A DNA stretch of 64,000 nt from Phycisphaerales bacterium (GCA_020852275.1 JADZBE010000031.1:49250-113249); one strand, 5' to 3'; counted from the first letter of the stretch, positions 1 through 9,994 are shown. Numbers and translations are program-made. Notes: generated from the sequence alone by a model not told the origin.

Positions 1-861
1 GATCCTGGGTCCGTCGTCGCGATATGCGCCAATGAGGGCCGTGTCGCCTTCCAAGGCGATGGAGTACCCGAACAGAGCGTCCGATTTCCGGTCCTCGGCC
101 TTGAGTTCGTCGGTCTGGGTCCACCGACCATTAAGTTTTTCAAACACGTAAACCGATCCGGAGCTGGTCGCGCCGTCGTCATGGTAGTGCGCCCCAATCA
201 GAGCCGTGTCGCCGGACAAGGCGACGGTACTACCGAACTGGTCCCAATTCGCCCCGTCGTCCGCGGTGAGCTTGGCGGTCTGGACCCAGACGCCGTCGAT
301 CCGCTCGAAGATGTAAGCGGAGCCCAGAGAGTAGCCGTCGTTGTCGTCGTCCGGCGCTCCGACAAGAGCGGTTTCGCCGAACAGGCCCACGGCTCTGCCG
401 AATCCGTCGTCCCTCTGCGCATCGGCGGCCGTGAGCTTGGCGGTCTGGATCCACGCGCCATAGACCAGCTCGAAGATGTATGCCGATCCTGTGTCCCGCT
501 CGCGATCGTCATCGCCATAGGCGCCGATGATGGCGACGCCTTTGCGAAACGCGATAGAAGCGCCGAAGTAGTCGTATGACGCCCCGTCGTCGGGCGTGAG
601 TTTCGCGGATTGCGACCAGACGCCATCGAACAGGTCGAATGCGTAGACCGATCCGGAGCTGGATCCATGATCGTCGTCCAACCGCGCCGCGATGAGCGCG
701 ACATCGCCCGAGAGGGCGATCCGGGTTCCGAAGTAATCGCCCTCCGCTCGATCCGCGGCGAGGAGCTTGGCCTTTTGTCGCCACTCCTCGCCGTCGGCCA
801 GAGGGGTTGAAGCCCAAGTCCACGCCGCCAGGCCAAGCGCCGCAACAGATCGCGTGTTCAC
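1..861 (-). CDS. Secreted FG-GAP repeat (beta-propeller) protein, runs off the window start
   Basis: Not in the ORF track because it has no stop in the window. Manual translation from GTG at 861 (AGGAGG RBS upstream) gives MNTRSVAALGLAAWTWASTPLADGEEWRQKAKLLAAD, then repeats such as 'WVQTAKLTADDGANWDQFGSTVALSGDTALIGA...SGSVYVF'. Confidence 0.85.
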   Translation of the reverse strand, partial: MNTRSVAALGLAAWTWASTPLADGEEWRQKAKLLAADRAEGDYFGTRIALSGDVALIAARLDDDHGSSSGSVYAFDLFDGVWSQSAKLTPDDGASYDYFGASIAFRKGVAIIGAYGDDDRERDTGSAYIFELVYGAWIQTAKLTAADAQRDDGFGRAVGLFGETALVGAPDDDNDGYSLGSAYIFERIDGVWVQTAKLTADDGANWDQFGSTVALSGDTALIGAHYHDDGATSSGSVYVFEKLNGRWTQTDELKAEDRKSDALFGYSIALEGDTALIGAYRDDGPRI

Positions 862-1051
862 GTTCGGTCCTCCTGAGCCGGCACCGACCACCTGGAGATT
901 CAAGCGTACTATTACACCGCTTAGAGGCCCCGGGTGTCCAGCAGGTTTCCCGCGTCGCAGGCGAGCGGAGGATGCAGGTTCAGGAGGCCGGGCCGGTCAA
1001 GTTGGCGGCAAAGGCAACGGCGACTCCGCCGAGCCAAGCTCAGCGCGCTCG

Positions 1052-1369
1052 ATGGCCTGGATCGATGTCACGGTGGCCCGCAGTCCGGCATCCGGACGTC
1101 AATCGCGTTTCAAAGGGCATCAGGGGCCGGCGAACTTCTGCTCCGCCTTGGCCGCGGGACTGATGGCCGGATCGATCAACCTGGGGGCGTTCGCGCTGCC
1201 CGCGCTATTGGTTTCCATCCCTGACGTGCGCGGCTTCCGCCGTGAACTGCGGGAGCGCTTCGACGACGCGCCGCACTGCGCGGCGTGCCAGTACAACCTG
1301 ACGGGCAACTTCTCCGGCATCTGCCCGGAGTGCGGAACGCCCATCGCATCGTTAGCGCCGGCCGGTTGA
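1052..1369 (+). CDS. Small membrane protein with C-terminal CxxC-Y-L-G-CPECG zinc ribbon; start uncertain, may be a fragment
   Basis: Hydrophobic stretch followed by CAACQYNLTGNFSGICPECG; the same motif occurs in three other genes in the window. Confidence 0.55.
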   Translation: MAWIDVTVARSPASGRQSRFKGHQGPANFCSALAAGLMAGSINLGAFALPALLVSIPDVRGFRRELRERFDDAPHCAACQYNLTGNFSGICPECGTPIASLAPAG

Positions 1370-1700
1370 ACTGCTTGTTCATCGGCAGCGCAACTGGATG
1401 TTCGATGGCGCGTGCGGCGTCGAACCAGGGTGTGCGCAGACCGGCTTCAGATAAAAGACCCCGCGCAACCTGGACGCTGCCGGAGAATCGGGAACACTCC
1501 TGCGAGCCGAGGGCTTCAGCCCCCGCGGGGCGCTTGCAGAGCCTTTCAATTATCCCCTTTCCCAGCTTCGGCGATCAACATGTCCCTTCGTTTTCGACCG
1601 GCAAGCAAGCAACGCCAACGCAGCGACCGAGAATGGAAGGGCCCTGCGGACAGGCTCAGGATGGCAGCCTCCTTTCGTCACCTGCTTACGCACCTGGCAA

Positions 1701-1736
1701 CATGCTCACGCCGAGTACAGCGAGAGCATGCCACCC
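1701..1736 (-). repeat. GTGG-tagged REP-like hairpin (GGGTGG-CATGCTC...GAGCATG)
   Basis: Plus strand catgctcacgccgagtacagcgagagcatgccaccc: 7-bp arms plus an inner cgc/gcg pair, preceded by GGGTGG on the minus strand. Confidence 0.6.
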
Positions 1737-1799
1737 GGCGAGAATTGACTGGTCCTGGGGGCCCTTGCCGCCTCAGCGCAGTGTCCTGATAACGAGCTT

Positions 1800-2069
1800 C
1801 TACTTGAACGTCTTGAGCGGCGCCGACGGGGAACAGAGCAGCTCGTAAACCCGCTCCGGAGCGATATCGGCTCCGCTGGGCCACGAAAGCGTGCCGCCGT
1901 CGATTCCCACCTGCTTGAACGCCTCGATATCCGCCAGCGCCGCGAAGACGGGTCCTTTATTGAGGTATGCAATCAGGTCGATCTCTCCGGACAATCCGTC
2001 ATCGAACTCGACGTAACACACATAGTCCCTCACATGCCGGACCCGGACGATTTCATTCATGTCCCACAT
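1800..2069 (-). CDS. DUF2442 family protein (putative antitoxin)
   Basis: 'YVEFDDGLSGEIDL...GPVFAAL...F.QV..DGGTLSWPSGADIAPERVY' is typical of DUF2442; lies directly downstream of a DUF4160 gene. Confidence 0.85.
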   Translation of the reverse strand: MWDMNEIVRVRHVRDYVCYVEFDDGLSGEIDLIAYLNKGPVFAALADIEAFKQVGIDGGTLSWPSGADIAPERVYELLCSPSAPLKTFK

Positions 2070-2078
2070 CGCGTCACC

Positions 2079-2339
2079 CTATTCCAACGGCCGAATCTTC
2101 TCGAGCGGGACGCCCGCCCGCGCGAGGTTCCAATCCTCAAGCAACTCCTCAGCATGAAGGTCAATCCACTCGCGCACCAGTTTCAGCGCCGTCCGCGAGT
2201 CAAGCGCACCTCGGAGCACGTTGCCTCCGAAGTCGACCTTCACTTTGTTGCCCTGATACTCGGCATGGAGATGGGGTGGATCGTGATCATCATAGTACAT
2301 TCGGATCACGATGCCGAAGAACCGCGAGATCTCTGGCAT
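2079..2339 (-). CDS. DUF4160 family protein (putative toxin of a DUF4160-DUF2442 module)
   Basis: MPEISRFFGIVIRMYYDDHDPPHLHAEY...VREWIDLHAEELLEDW...KIRPLE is the family signature. ATG at 2339 preferred over the track start. Confidence 0.88.
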   Translation of the reverse strand: MPEISRFFGIVIRMYYDDHDPPHLHAEYQGNKVKVDFGGNVLRGALDSRTALKLVREWIDLHAEELLEDWNLARAGVPLEKIRPLE

Positions 2340-2370
2340 GGGCTGTCTCATCCTTGCGCGTGGGCCACAG

Positions 2371-2386
2371 CGCGAAAGATTTCGCG
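2371..2386. promoter_or_regulatory. Perfect 7+2+7 inverted repeat upstream of the DUF4160-DUF2442 pair (candidate operator or rho terminator)
   Basis: cgcgaaa-ga-tttcgcg, about 30 bp upstream of the toxin start and 50 bp downstream of the rho stop. Confidence 0.35.
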
Positions 2387-2437
2387 TTGACGCTCCTGAC
2401 GCCGTCCTACTTTCGACGGAAAGCCTGAATGTCACCC

Positions 2438-3946
2438 CTACGACAAGTTCATCGTCATCAGGAACTCGCGGTTCGTCCGCACTTTGCTCAGGCGCGCGGT
2501 GAGCAGCTCGACGGACTCGACGATGTTCATGTCCGACACCACGCGGCGCAGGCGGAAGATCAGCTCCAGCTCCTTCGGGTCCAGCAGCAGCTCTTCCTTG
2601 CGCGTGCCGCTCGCCGGGATGTCGATCGCCGGCCAGACGCGCTTGTCCACGAGACGGCGGTCGAGGTGCAGTTCGCTGTTGCCCGTGCCCTTGAACTCCT
2701 CAAAGATGACCTCGTCCATCTTCGAGCCGGTATCGACAAGCGCCGTGCCGATGATTGTGAGGCTGCCGCCTTCCTCGATGTTGCGGGCGGCGCCGAAAAA
2801 TCGCTTGGGCTTCTGCAGCGCGTTGGCGTCGATGCCGCCGGAGAGAATCTTGCCGGAGTGCGGCATCTCGGTGTTGTGCGCCCGCGCCAGGCGCGTGATC
2901 GAGTCCAGCAGGATCACCACGTCCTTGCCGTACTCCACCAGCCGCCGCGCGTTTTCGATCACCATGTCCGCGACCTGCACGTGGCGCGAAGCCGGCTCGT
3001 CGAACGTGGAACTGATGACCTGCGCCTGCGTGTGGCGCTTCATCTCCGTGACTTCCTCCGGGCGCTCGTCGATGAGAAGGATGACGACGTGCACTTCCGT
3101 ATGGTTGGCGGAGATCGCGTTGGCGATCTTCTGAAGCAGGACGGTCTTGCCCGTGCGCGGGGGAGCGACGATCAGCATGCGCTGACCCTTGCCGATGGGC
3201 GTGACGAGGTCCACGACGCGCATGTTCAGTTCCTGCGGCGAGGTTTCAAGAATGATGCGGGAGTCCGGGTGAAGCGGCGTGAGGTCCTCGAAGTTGGTCT
3301 TCTCCATCACGACTTCGGGGTCTTCGTAGTTGATCGCCTCGACGCGAAGCAGCGCGAAGTAACGCTCGGATTCCTTCGGCGGACGTATCTGCCCCGACAC
3401 GACGTGTCCCGTCTTCAGGCCGAAGCGGCGGATCTGAGACGGACTGATGTAAATGTCGTCCGGACCGGGCAGGTAGTTGTATCCCGGCGAACGGAGGAAC
3501 CCGAAGCCGTCCGGGAGGATCTCGAGGACGCCCTCGCCGTACATCAGGCCGTTGCGGTTCACCCGCGCCTGGATGATGCGGAAGATGAGGTCCTGCTTCT
3601 TGAGTCCCGTGTATTCCTCCAGAGCTTCGGCCCGCGCCAGCTCGTGCAGCTCGTTGACGCTCATCTGCTGAAGCTGGGTGATGTGAAGCTGGCCGCGCTT
3701 GATTTCTTCATACTTGGCGTGCGTCTCGGGATCGAGAATCGGGGCGTCCGCGGGCGGTTCCGCGGAATCAGTCGCCGGCGGCGGTGGCGGAGGCGGAGCG
3801 GTCGCCACGGAGACATCGTCGATGTCGGCGGGCAGTCCTTCATAATGGGTGCGGGGCGCCTGCTTGCCGCGGGGCTTGCCGCCGCGACCCGGGGTCATGC
3901 TGCGACGTGTGGTGGAACGAGTCCTATCGGTTCCGGCTTTCGCCAT
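2438..3946 (-). CDS. rho: Transcription termination factor Rho
   Basis: [27 protein letters not shown], Walker [49 protein letters not shown]; Pro-rich N-terminal extension. Confidence 0.98.
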   Translation of the reverse strand: MAKAGTDRTRSTTRRSMTPGRGGKPRGKQAPRTHYEGLPADIDDVSVATAPPPPPPPATDSAEPPADAPILDPETHAKYEEIKRGQLHITQLQQMSVNELHELARAEALEEYTGLKKQDLIFRIIQARVNRNGLMYGEGVLEILPDGFGFLRSPGYNYLPGPDDIYISPSQIRRFGLKTGHVVSGQIRPPKESERYFALLRVEAINYEDPEVVMEKTNFEDLTPLHPDSRIILETSPQELNMRVVDLVTPIGKGQRMLIVAPPRTGKTVLLQKIANAISANHTEVHVVILLIDERPEEVTEMKRHTQAQVISSTFDEPASRHVQVADMVIENARRLVEYGKDVVILLDSITRLARAHNTEMPHSGKILSGGIDANALQKPKRFFGAARNIEEGGSLTIIGTALVDTGSKMDEVIFEEFKGTGNSELHLDRRLVDKRVWPAIDIPASGTRKEELLLDPKELELIFRLRRVVSDMNIVESVELLTARLSKVRTNREFLMTMNLS

Positions 3947-4017
3947 GGGAACAAACCTCCAGAATTGTGAGTATCCGTGAAACCAAGCCTGATGCCCGAC
4001 GCGGGCGAGCGGGAGTT

Positions 4018-4818
4018 TTACGGGGTTTCTTGTGAAGAATGTCGCTGGACGCTGCGTTGCTTGAAATCGTCCAGGATCGTGATCAACAACCGTTCAAGTG
4101 TGCGACGAAGCGAGCCGATGTCCGAGTCGTTGATAACCACATGATCGGCTTTTGCCCGCTTTTCGTCCAGTGAAATCTGCTGCCTCTCTCTTTGCTCCAC
4201 CTCCTGCGGAGTCCAGCCGCGAGAACGCGCAAGGCGATCCTGCCGCGCGCGGGGATCGGCATCGACCATGATTACCGCGTCGCACATCGCCTCCAGGCCC
4301 GCCTCGAAGAGCTTCGGGCTGTCGAGGATGATCGCGCGAATGCCAGGGTCGGCCTCGTAACCCGCAATCTCAAGGTCGCGCTGCTGCGCGATTCTCGGGT
4401 ATAGCAATTCTTCGAGCCTCTTCAGCTCGATCGGGTCAGCGAACACGATGCGCGCAATCGCCGAGCGATCAATCGCCGAGCGATCAATCGCCGAGCGATC
4501 AACCTCGCCGCCGCCGGAGGTCACGCCCTCACCCCACCACTGCACGAGGGTGGCGCGCACCTCCGGCGTGGCAAGCACTTCATGTGCCTGCTGATCCGAG
4601 TCGATCACGCCCGCGCCCAATTCCCTCAGCAGCCGCGACGCCGTCGTCTTTCCGGCTCCGATCGAACCGACAATGCCGATGATGGGTTTTGTGCGCTTCA
4701 GCGAGTGGGTCCGGACTAGACTCGTCAGCGGGAGAACCGATGTCGGCGGAACTGTATCGTTGGGAGAACCCGCCCGACTTGTGCATCCTATTCTTGCCGC
4801 AGGAAACCCGGATTTCAA
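4018..4818 (-). CDS. coaE: Dephospho-CoA kinase (start uncertain; homology begins near 4690)
   Basis: [15 protein letters not shown]-loop, [20 protein letters not shown]...[37 protein letters not shown]. Confidence 0.93.
   Translation of the reverse strand: MKSGFPAARIGCTSRAGSPNDTVPPTSVLPLTSLVRTHSLKRTKPIIGIVGSIGAGKTTASRLLRELGAGVIDSDQQAHEVLATPEVRATLVQWWGEGVTSGGGEVDRSAIDRSAIDRSAIARIVFADPIELKRLEELLYPRIAQQRDLEIAGYEADPGIRAIILDSPKLFEAGLEAMCDAVIMVDADPRARQDRLARSRGWTPQEVEQRERQQISLDEKRAKADHVVINDSDIGSLRRTLERLLITILDDFKQRSVQRHSSQETP
4456..4502. repeat. In-frame 15-bp tandem triplication inside coaE
   Basis: aatcgccgagcgatc x3 exact, encoding [15 protein letters not shown]. Confidence 0.95.
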
Positions 4819-5479
4819 CCCCCGGACCAGAAAACCGCCGGGAAAATCCGCGGGATCCGCGGTTCGACACCTCTCATCCGCGCCGCGCGGGAGGTAAACC
4901 GCGGCACTTCAAGGATAACAGCGTAAAGCCCGCCCGTCCCCTTGTCAACCCCCTTTTCTTATTGATTCTGAGATTGCCGGATTCAGGTCGGGCAAACGCC
5001 CGCCAGGGAAAGGACAGGCATCCCTCGGAATACCGCAACCGCATTCCCCGCAGCGCCCTGCTGTGATCCGACTCCCATGTGGCCGGCAGCGGGGAATGCC
5101 TCCTCCCACCCCTCCACACCCTTCGCGGCGCCCTTTCCCCACCCACGCCGCCGCGTCCACCACGCCGGCCGCCACACGAGAAGACCGGCGTGACACGCGA
5201 CGTGGAGGGGAGCCTGGCGTGCCCCCGAGATCCGTTCAACTGCTTGCCTTCGCGGCGCGCCCCACGAAAACCGGTCCGGTCTTGCTTCGATGTTGCCCGG
5301 CAACCGTGCGCTCTCCTGCTGGAATAGCGCGGCGATTTCGGCGACAATGAGACGATTGTTCCAGGTCGCCCGTGATGCCCGAGGCGACGAGGATGCCAGA
5401 CTCGATTCCAACTTTCGTCACGATCGGACCGCCACACGAGCCGCGCGCCCCGCACCGGCATGTAAGGGAGCCACGCGTC

Positions 5480-6760
5480 ATGCAAATCAGACCGATCCTC
5501 AGCATCGCCGCAGTCGCCTTTGCCGTCGCGACCGTTTCATCCGCGTCCGCTCAACCGGTGTTCCTTGCTCCATGGGGCGGTAAGACGGATCGTGGCGTAT
5601 ATCCGGAGCCGCCGCTGCCGCTGCTTCCGCCGGCGGGGGGCGTCATCATCGACCCGACGTTCGGAACGTCCATCCTGCGCGTCACGGACGACCGCGACGG
5701 CCAGTTCCTTCAGGTCGCCTACTCATACTGGCCGACGTTCAACCGCGACAGCACGCGGCTCTTCGTGCTGCGCGACGACAGCGGTCTGGAAGGCGTGCGC
5801 TACGAGTTCGATCCGCTCAACTTCCGTCTGCTCGGTGCGGCGCCGCTCTTCGCCGCGCCGGCTCCGGACGGCGACTGGCCTCGCACGGAAGACGCGATCT
5901 GGAGCGGCGTGAATCCGGATGTGATCTTCTGTCACTCCCGGCTGAGCCTCTGGGAATACAACGTCTCCACCGACGCGTATGCGCTCGTCCGGGACTTTTC
6001 GCCTGAGCTGGGCGAAGGCTTTCTCAGCCAGATGAGCCGCAGCATCGACGACGACACGTTCGCCTGCACCACGCTGAACCGGCGTTATCGCGTCAGCGGC
6101 TCGCTGGCGTGGAAGCGCGCGGAGGACCGGGCCATCATCCGCCCCGTCGAACCTGAGGGGCTGGACGAAGTGCAGATCGACAAGACGGGTCGATACCTGG
6201 TCATCTCAACCGGCGCGCAGGGCGACGGCGCGATTCAGAATCGCGTCGTCGATCTTGAGACCGGGCTGGAGGAAGCGCTGATCGACGGCCCGCCGGATTA
6301 CGCGCCGGGGCATAAGGATCTCGGACACGGCTTCTGCATCGGCTACGACAACTGGACCAACCGGCTGCGCTACCGCAGGCTCAGCGACCCGCATCAGAAG
6401 AAGCCGATCCTCGACTTCAACGACGACTGGACGCAGGATCAGCACGTTTCCTTGCTGGCGGACAACGAGGAGTGGGCCGTCGTCAGCCTGTATGAGCAAA
6501 GCCTCGAGCACGCGCCGGGCCTGTTCCACGACGAGATCCTCATGGTCGCCACGGACGGCAGCCAGCGCGTCCGCCGCCTGGCGCACCATCGGTCCTACGT
6601 GGACGACTACTGGGAATCTCCGCGGGCCAACATCAGCCGCGACGGACGTTTCATCGCCTTCTCGTCCAACTGGGGACAGCCCCAGCGCCGCGACGTGTTC
6701 ATCCTGCGCGTGCCGGGGATCGTGCCGACGCTGAATGTCGTGCCCCTCCCTTCGCCGTGA
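5480..6760 (+). CDS. Secreted beta-propeller (TolB/WD40-like) protein
   Basis: Signal peptide MQIRPILSIAAVAFAVATVSSASA; 'IIDPTFGTSILRVTD', 'YSYWPTFNRDST', 'PRANISRDGRFIAFSSNW' resemble PD40-like blades. Confidence 0.75.
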   Translation: MQIRPILSIAAVAFAVATVSSASAQPVFLAPWGGKTDRGVYPEPPLPLLPPAGGVIIDPTFGTSILRVTDDRDGQFLQVAYSYWPTFNRDSTRLFVLRDDSGLEGVRYEFDPLNFRLLGAAPLFAAPAPDGDWPRTEDAIWSGVNPDVIFCHSRLSLWEYNVSTDAYALVRDFSPELGEGFLSQMSRSIDDDTFACTTLNRRYRVSGSLAWKRAEDRAIIRPVEPEGLDEVQIDKTGRYLVISTGAQGDGAIQNRVVDLETGLEEALIDGPPDYAPGHKDLGHGFCIGYDNWTNRLRYRRLSDPHQKKPILDFNDDWTQDQHVSLLADNEEWAVVSLYEQSLEHAPGLFHDEILMVATDGSQRVRRLAHHRSYVDDYWESPRANISRDGRFIAFSSNWGQPQRRDVFILRVPGIVPTLNVVPLPSP

Positions 6761-6786
6761 GGGATCGCCGTGTAGACCTTCGGTCG

Positions 6787-6907
6787 GGTGGCACAGTCAA
6801 CGGTACGCCGCTGGCCGCAGTCTGCCGCGTTCACCACGGTCAGGCGCGTACGCCAGACCGTGCGACCCGCGCGTGCCACCCGCGCGTGCGACTCGCGCGT
6901 GCCACCC
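6787..6907. repeat. Degenerate GGGTGGCAC-type REP cluster
   Basis: gggtggcac forward at about 6787 and two gcgcgtgccaccc copies in reverse at about 6868-6907. Confidence 0.45.
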
Positions 6908-6937
6908 GCTCGCGTTGACCTTCGCGGTGCTTGCGGT

Positions 6938-7939
6938 ATGAAGCAGCGGCACATGACGCTTCGGGAAAAGCTGAGCCATCCGCTGGTCACGGCCCTTCTG
7001 GCGCTGGCGCTCGTCCTCGCGCTGGGGTGCGTGTTTCACTATCAGGGAACGTTCTTCAAGTGGGGCACGCACCGCGACACGCTGCGCCAAGCTTCGGTGT
7101 ACGGCGTGCTCGCGTGCGGCATGACGGCCGTCATCCTCTGCGGCGGCATCGACCTGTCCGTGGGCAGCGTGCTGGCGCTGACGGCGGTGACGTTTTCGAT
7201 TCTCGGCATCCACCGCGGGTGGCCCGCATGGGCGGCGATCCCCGTCTCGCTGGCGGTCGGCACGGTTTGCGGCTGCGTCAGCGGCGCGATCATCGCTCTG
7301 TGGCGCATCCAGCCATTCATCGTGACCTTGGCGATGATGGTGCTCGCTCGCGGACTCGCCAAAACCGTCAGCGGCGGGATGAAGATCTCCACGGCCGTGC
7401 AGTCGGCGGATGGAACGTATCGCTACGTTGGATTGCCGCCGGTGTTCGAGGCGATCGACTCACGGCTGCTGGGCGGAAACGTGTCGGTGGTCACGGGGGT
7501 ATTTCTCCTGTGCGGCGGGCTGGCGTGGGCAGCGCTGGCCCGATCGCGCTGGGGACGCTGCGTTCACGCCATCGGCGGCAACGAGGAGGCTTCGCGACTT
7601 TCCGGCGTGCCAGTCGCGCCGGTGAAGATAAGTGTATACGCGCTGTGCGGACTGCTGGCTTCGATCGCCGGCATCTGCCAAGCCGCACAGGAGCAGCAGG
7701 GCGACCCTGAAACCGGCGCGGGCTACGAGCTTTCGGCGATTGCGATTGTGGTGATCGGCGGGACCAGCCTCCTGGGCGGTCGCGGCGGCGTGGGGCTGAC
7801 GCTGCTGGGCACGCTGACCATCGGGTATATCGAGAAGATCCTGAGCATCAACAACGTGCCCGAGTCCGGAAGGCTGATGCTGACCGGCGTGATCATCATC
7901 GCGGCGGTGCTGCTGCAGCGCGGAAGGTCTCGAGCGTAG
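6938..7939 (+). CDS. Monosaccharide ABC transporter permease (RbsC / BPD_transp_2 family)
   Basis: GVLACGMTAVILCGGIDLSVGS, IQPFIVTLAMM, GRCVHAIGGNEEASRLSGV, GAGYELSAIAIVVIGGTSLLGGRG. Confidence 0.93.
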   Translation: MKQRHMTLREKLSHPLVTALLALALVLALGCVFHYQGTFFKWGTHRDTLRQASVYGVLACGMTAVILCGGIDLSVGSVLALTAVTFSILGIHRGWPAWAAIPVSLAVGTVCGCVSGAIIALWRIQPFIVTLAMMVLARGLAKTVSGGMKISTAVQSADGTYRYVGLPPVFEAIDSRLLGGNVSVVTGVFLLCGGLAWAALARSRWGRCVHAIGGNEEASRLSGVPVAPVKISVYALCGLLASIAGICQAAQEQQGDPETGAGYELSAIAIVVIGGTSLLGGRGGVGLTLLGTLTIGYIEKILSINNVPESGRLMLTGVIIIAAVLLQRGRSRA

Positions 7940-8023
7940 CAGCCCGTGAGCGCACCAGCCTGCGAGCGCAACATTCCGTGAGCGCAACCGCCCGTGGTGG
8001 AACTCGGAACCAGAGGTGGGGTC

Positions 8024-8125
8024 CGTCACCCCCGCGCAGACGGGGGTCCGGGATACCCGGGAAACTGCTTGGTGAACGTCTCCTCAAAAGCAACCGGCTG
8101 GATTCCCGCCTGGGCGGGAAGGACG
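8024..8125. repeat. CGTC-tagged REP composite 1 (B forward, A reverse)
   Basis: cgtcacccccgcgcagacgggggtccgg ... ctggattcccgcctgggcgggaaggacg. Confidence 0.85.
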
Positions 8126-8130
8126 AGCGT

Positions 8131-8984
8131 GGTTCTCACCACGGGCTGCCATGGGTACGGGGCTGCCGCGGGACTGGGTCATCGGCAAGGGCACGGAATC
8201 GGAGCGGGACCCTCCGCGGATGATGCTGGCCTGCCTGCCGCCGGGTTCGTTGATCGTGGCGGACGCGGGATTCACCGGCTTTGACCTGCTGCGTGACATT
8301 CTGGCGCACGGGCATTCCTTCCTGATTCGCGTGGGCGCCAAGATCACCCTGCTGACCGGGTTAAACATGGAGGGGGAGCAGGAGGGGGACACGGTGTGGC
8401 TGTGGCCGACGAGCCGGCGCGGCGAGTCTCCGTTGAAGCTGCGTTTGATTCGGCTGACGAAACGCGCCGCCGGTTCGCCGACCCCGAGGTGTCTGAGGAC
8501 CAACGTCCTCGATCCGGCGCGGTTGCCGGAGGAAACGGCCGCGGTCTTGTACCGCATGCGCTGGGGCGTGGCGCTGTTCTCTCGCGGCTTGAAGTAGACG
8601 GCGGAGCAGCGGATGTTGCGCAGCGATTCCCCCGGCCAAGCCCGCTGGGAATTGCAGAGGGAAAGGCCGGCCCTGCTGTTGTGGGGCCTGATGAGCGTGC
8701 AAGGGATCATCGCCGCAGGAAAGGACCCGTGGTCGGGGCGCGTGGCCGGTGCGTTGCGGATCGTGCGGGAGGCGATGCGCACGCCGCGGCGGTGGCGTCG
8801 TCGCGGGGACCTGCGGCAGGCGCTCACCGGCGCATTGCAGGATGATTGCGTGTGGACCCAGTCCAAAATCGCTCGGGATTGGCCGCATCAGAAACACGAA
8901 GCCCCGCCCGGTGTTCCCAAAATCCGCCCGGGTACAGCGGACGAAAGTGCCAGCGCCCGAGCACACTACGGCAAGGTTGGATAG
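8131..8984 (+). pseudogene. IS4-family DDE transposase remnant (5'-truncated, frameshifted, internal TAG at 8595-8597)
   Basis: GTGLP.DW..G....ER, LIVADAGFTGF, FLIRVG, and a degenerate YREK motif LYRMRWGVALFSRGLK*T; the reading frame resumes after the stop and ends WPHQKHEAPPGVPKIRP. Confidence 0.8.
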
Positions 8985-9095
8985 CCTTCGGTTCACGGCG
9001 TTGCCTGCCACCGCGAACTCGTCACCCATGCGGCATCGGTCGGATCATGCCGGGGGGTCAATTGGCACAAGGTGCCCGGCTTGGCGCTGGAGTCT

Positions 9096-9641
9096 TCAGT
9101 TGCGCACATCAGCCAGCAGGGCTGGTAGCCCGGAAGCGCCTGCGGGGGGTGCGGGGTTGGCGGAAGCAACATGGATCGGCGGCGATTCCCCGTCGAGTGA
9201 GGGAATGCGGCGCCTCAAGGCGCTGACGAGGGTTTCGACCGCCGCCTGCTGCCTCAACGTCCAGGATGCGTTTTCCGGATTGAAGGCCACTTCGACGCAG
9301 ACCCTGCCCGGTCGATTCGGCACGCGAGCCTGATTCTCCCAGAGGAGGGTTCGTTCGATGTCGCCGTCCGGCGACACGCGGAAATGGGAAGCTGGTGGAT
9401 CGGCGAGATTCAGCTCGCCGCCGGCAATCACCGGGATGATTTCGATGCCTTCCCAGCGTTCGTCCGAAGCGCCGGTCGGCGGGATTGCGATTTCGCCGGC
9501 CCAGTCGGACTGCCCGTGAGCCATCGCCCAGCGGTAGTGATCGGCCAGCCGGGGTTGAAGGGCCTCAAGCGAGGCGGCGAGGAGGATCATCGAGCAGGCA
9601 AGGGCGGCAAGCACCCTGAACATCCGTGTTCGAGGCACCAC
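9096..9641 (-). CDS. Membrane-anchored protein with a degenerate amidase_2/PGRP-like domain
   Basis: N-terminal hydrophobic helix; RWEGIEI, SHFRVSPDGDIERTLLWENQ, VCVEV, TLRQQAAVETLVSALR follow the amidase_2 layout, but the IVIHH zinc motif is absent. Confidence 0.55.
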   Translation of the reverse strand: MVPRTRMFRVLAALACSMILLAASLEALQPRLADHYRWAMAHGQSDWAGEIAIPPTGASDERWEGIEIIPVIAGGELNLADPPASHFRVSPDGDIERTLLWENQARVPNRPGRVCVEVAFNPENASWTLRQQAAVETLVSALRRRIPSLDGESPPIHVASANPAPPAGASGLPALLADVRN

Positions 9642-9994
9642 TGGTGCGACTCCGTTGTGGTTGCGGACTGGTATTCGAAACTTGTCGTGGGGAAGCTATT
9701 CCAATTTCGGTCGCGCGCCAAGCATTTCATCAGTAGATTTTGCGGGCGATGCGAATTGATGGAGTTTGCGAATCAGGAGTCGGCGCGATGCAGGCGCGCG
9801 GCTGCCCATATGCAGTGGTGAGGGGACAGCAGGCACGCAAGTGGTGCCAAGTGGAGACGCAACTGACTGAGAAAGTCCGTGGTACTCGGGGATGCACGTC
9901 GCTTCAGTGCAGGCGGGGATGCGCTCTGGTCACGGGGCGGAGCTAACGGTCAGGACGGTACTCTCTCGCTTGCGCCACGGCTTCGGTTGACGGC

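Noticed and set aside
198-845. 215-aa minus-strand ORF in the track
   Set aside because: Wrong frame; the real FG-GAP gene is in the frame starting at 861 and runs off the window.
2429-3970. Long plus-strand ORF of 513 aa, and similar long ORFs at 19561-21522, 33149-35419, 42798-45314, 46906-48672 and 60001-61887
   Set aside because: Antisense shadows of well-supported genes on the opposite strand, typical of high-GC DNA; no recognisable motifs.
4845-4885. tRNA (GGTTCGAC motif)
   Set aside because: No T-stem pairing, acceptor stem or anticodon arm could be built around the motif.
4985-5030. c-di-GMP-I riboswitch (GGCAAA...GAAA)
   Set aside because: Lacks the paired stem between GCAAA and GAAA and the downstream GACGCAAAG motif.
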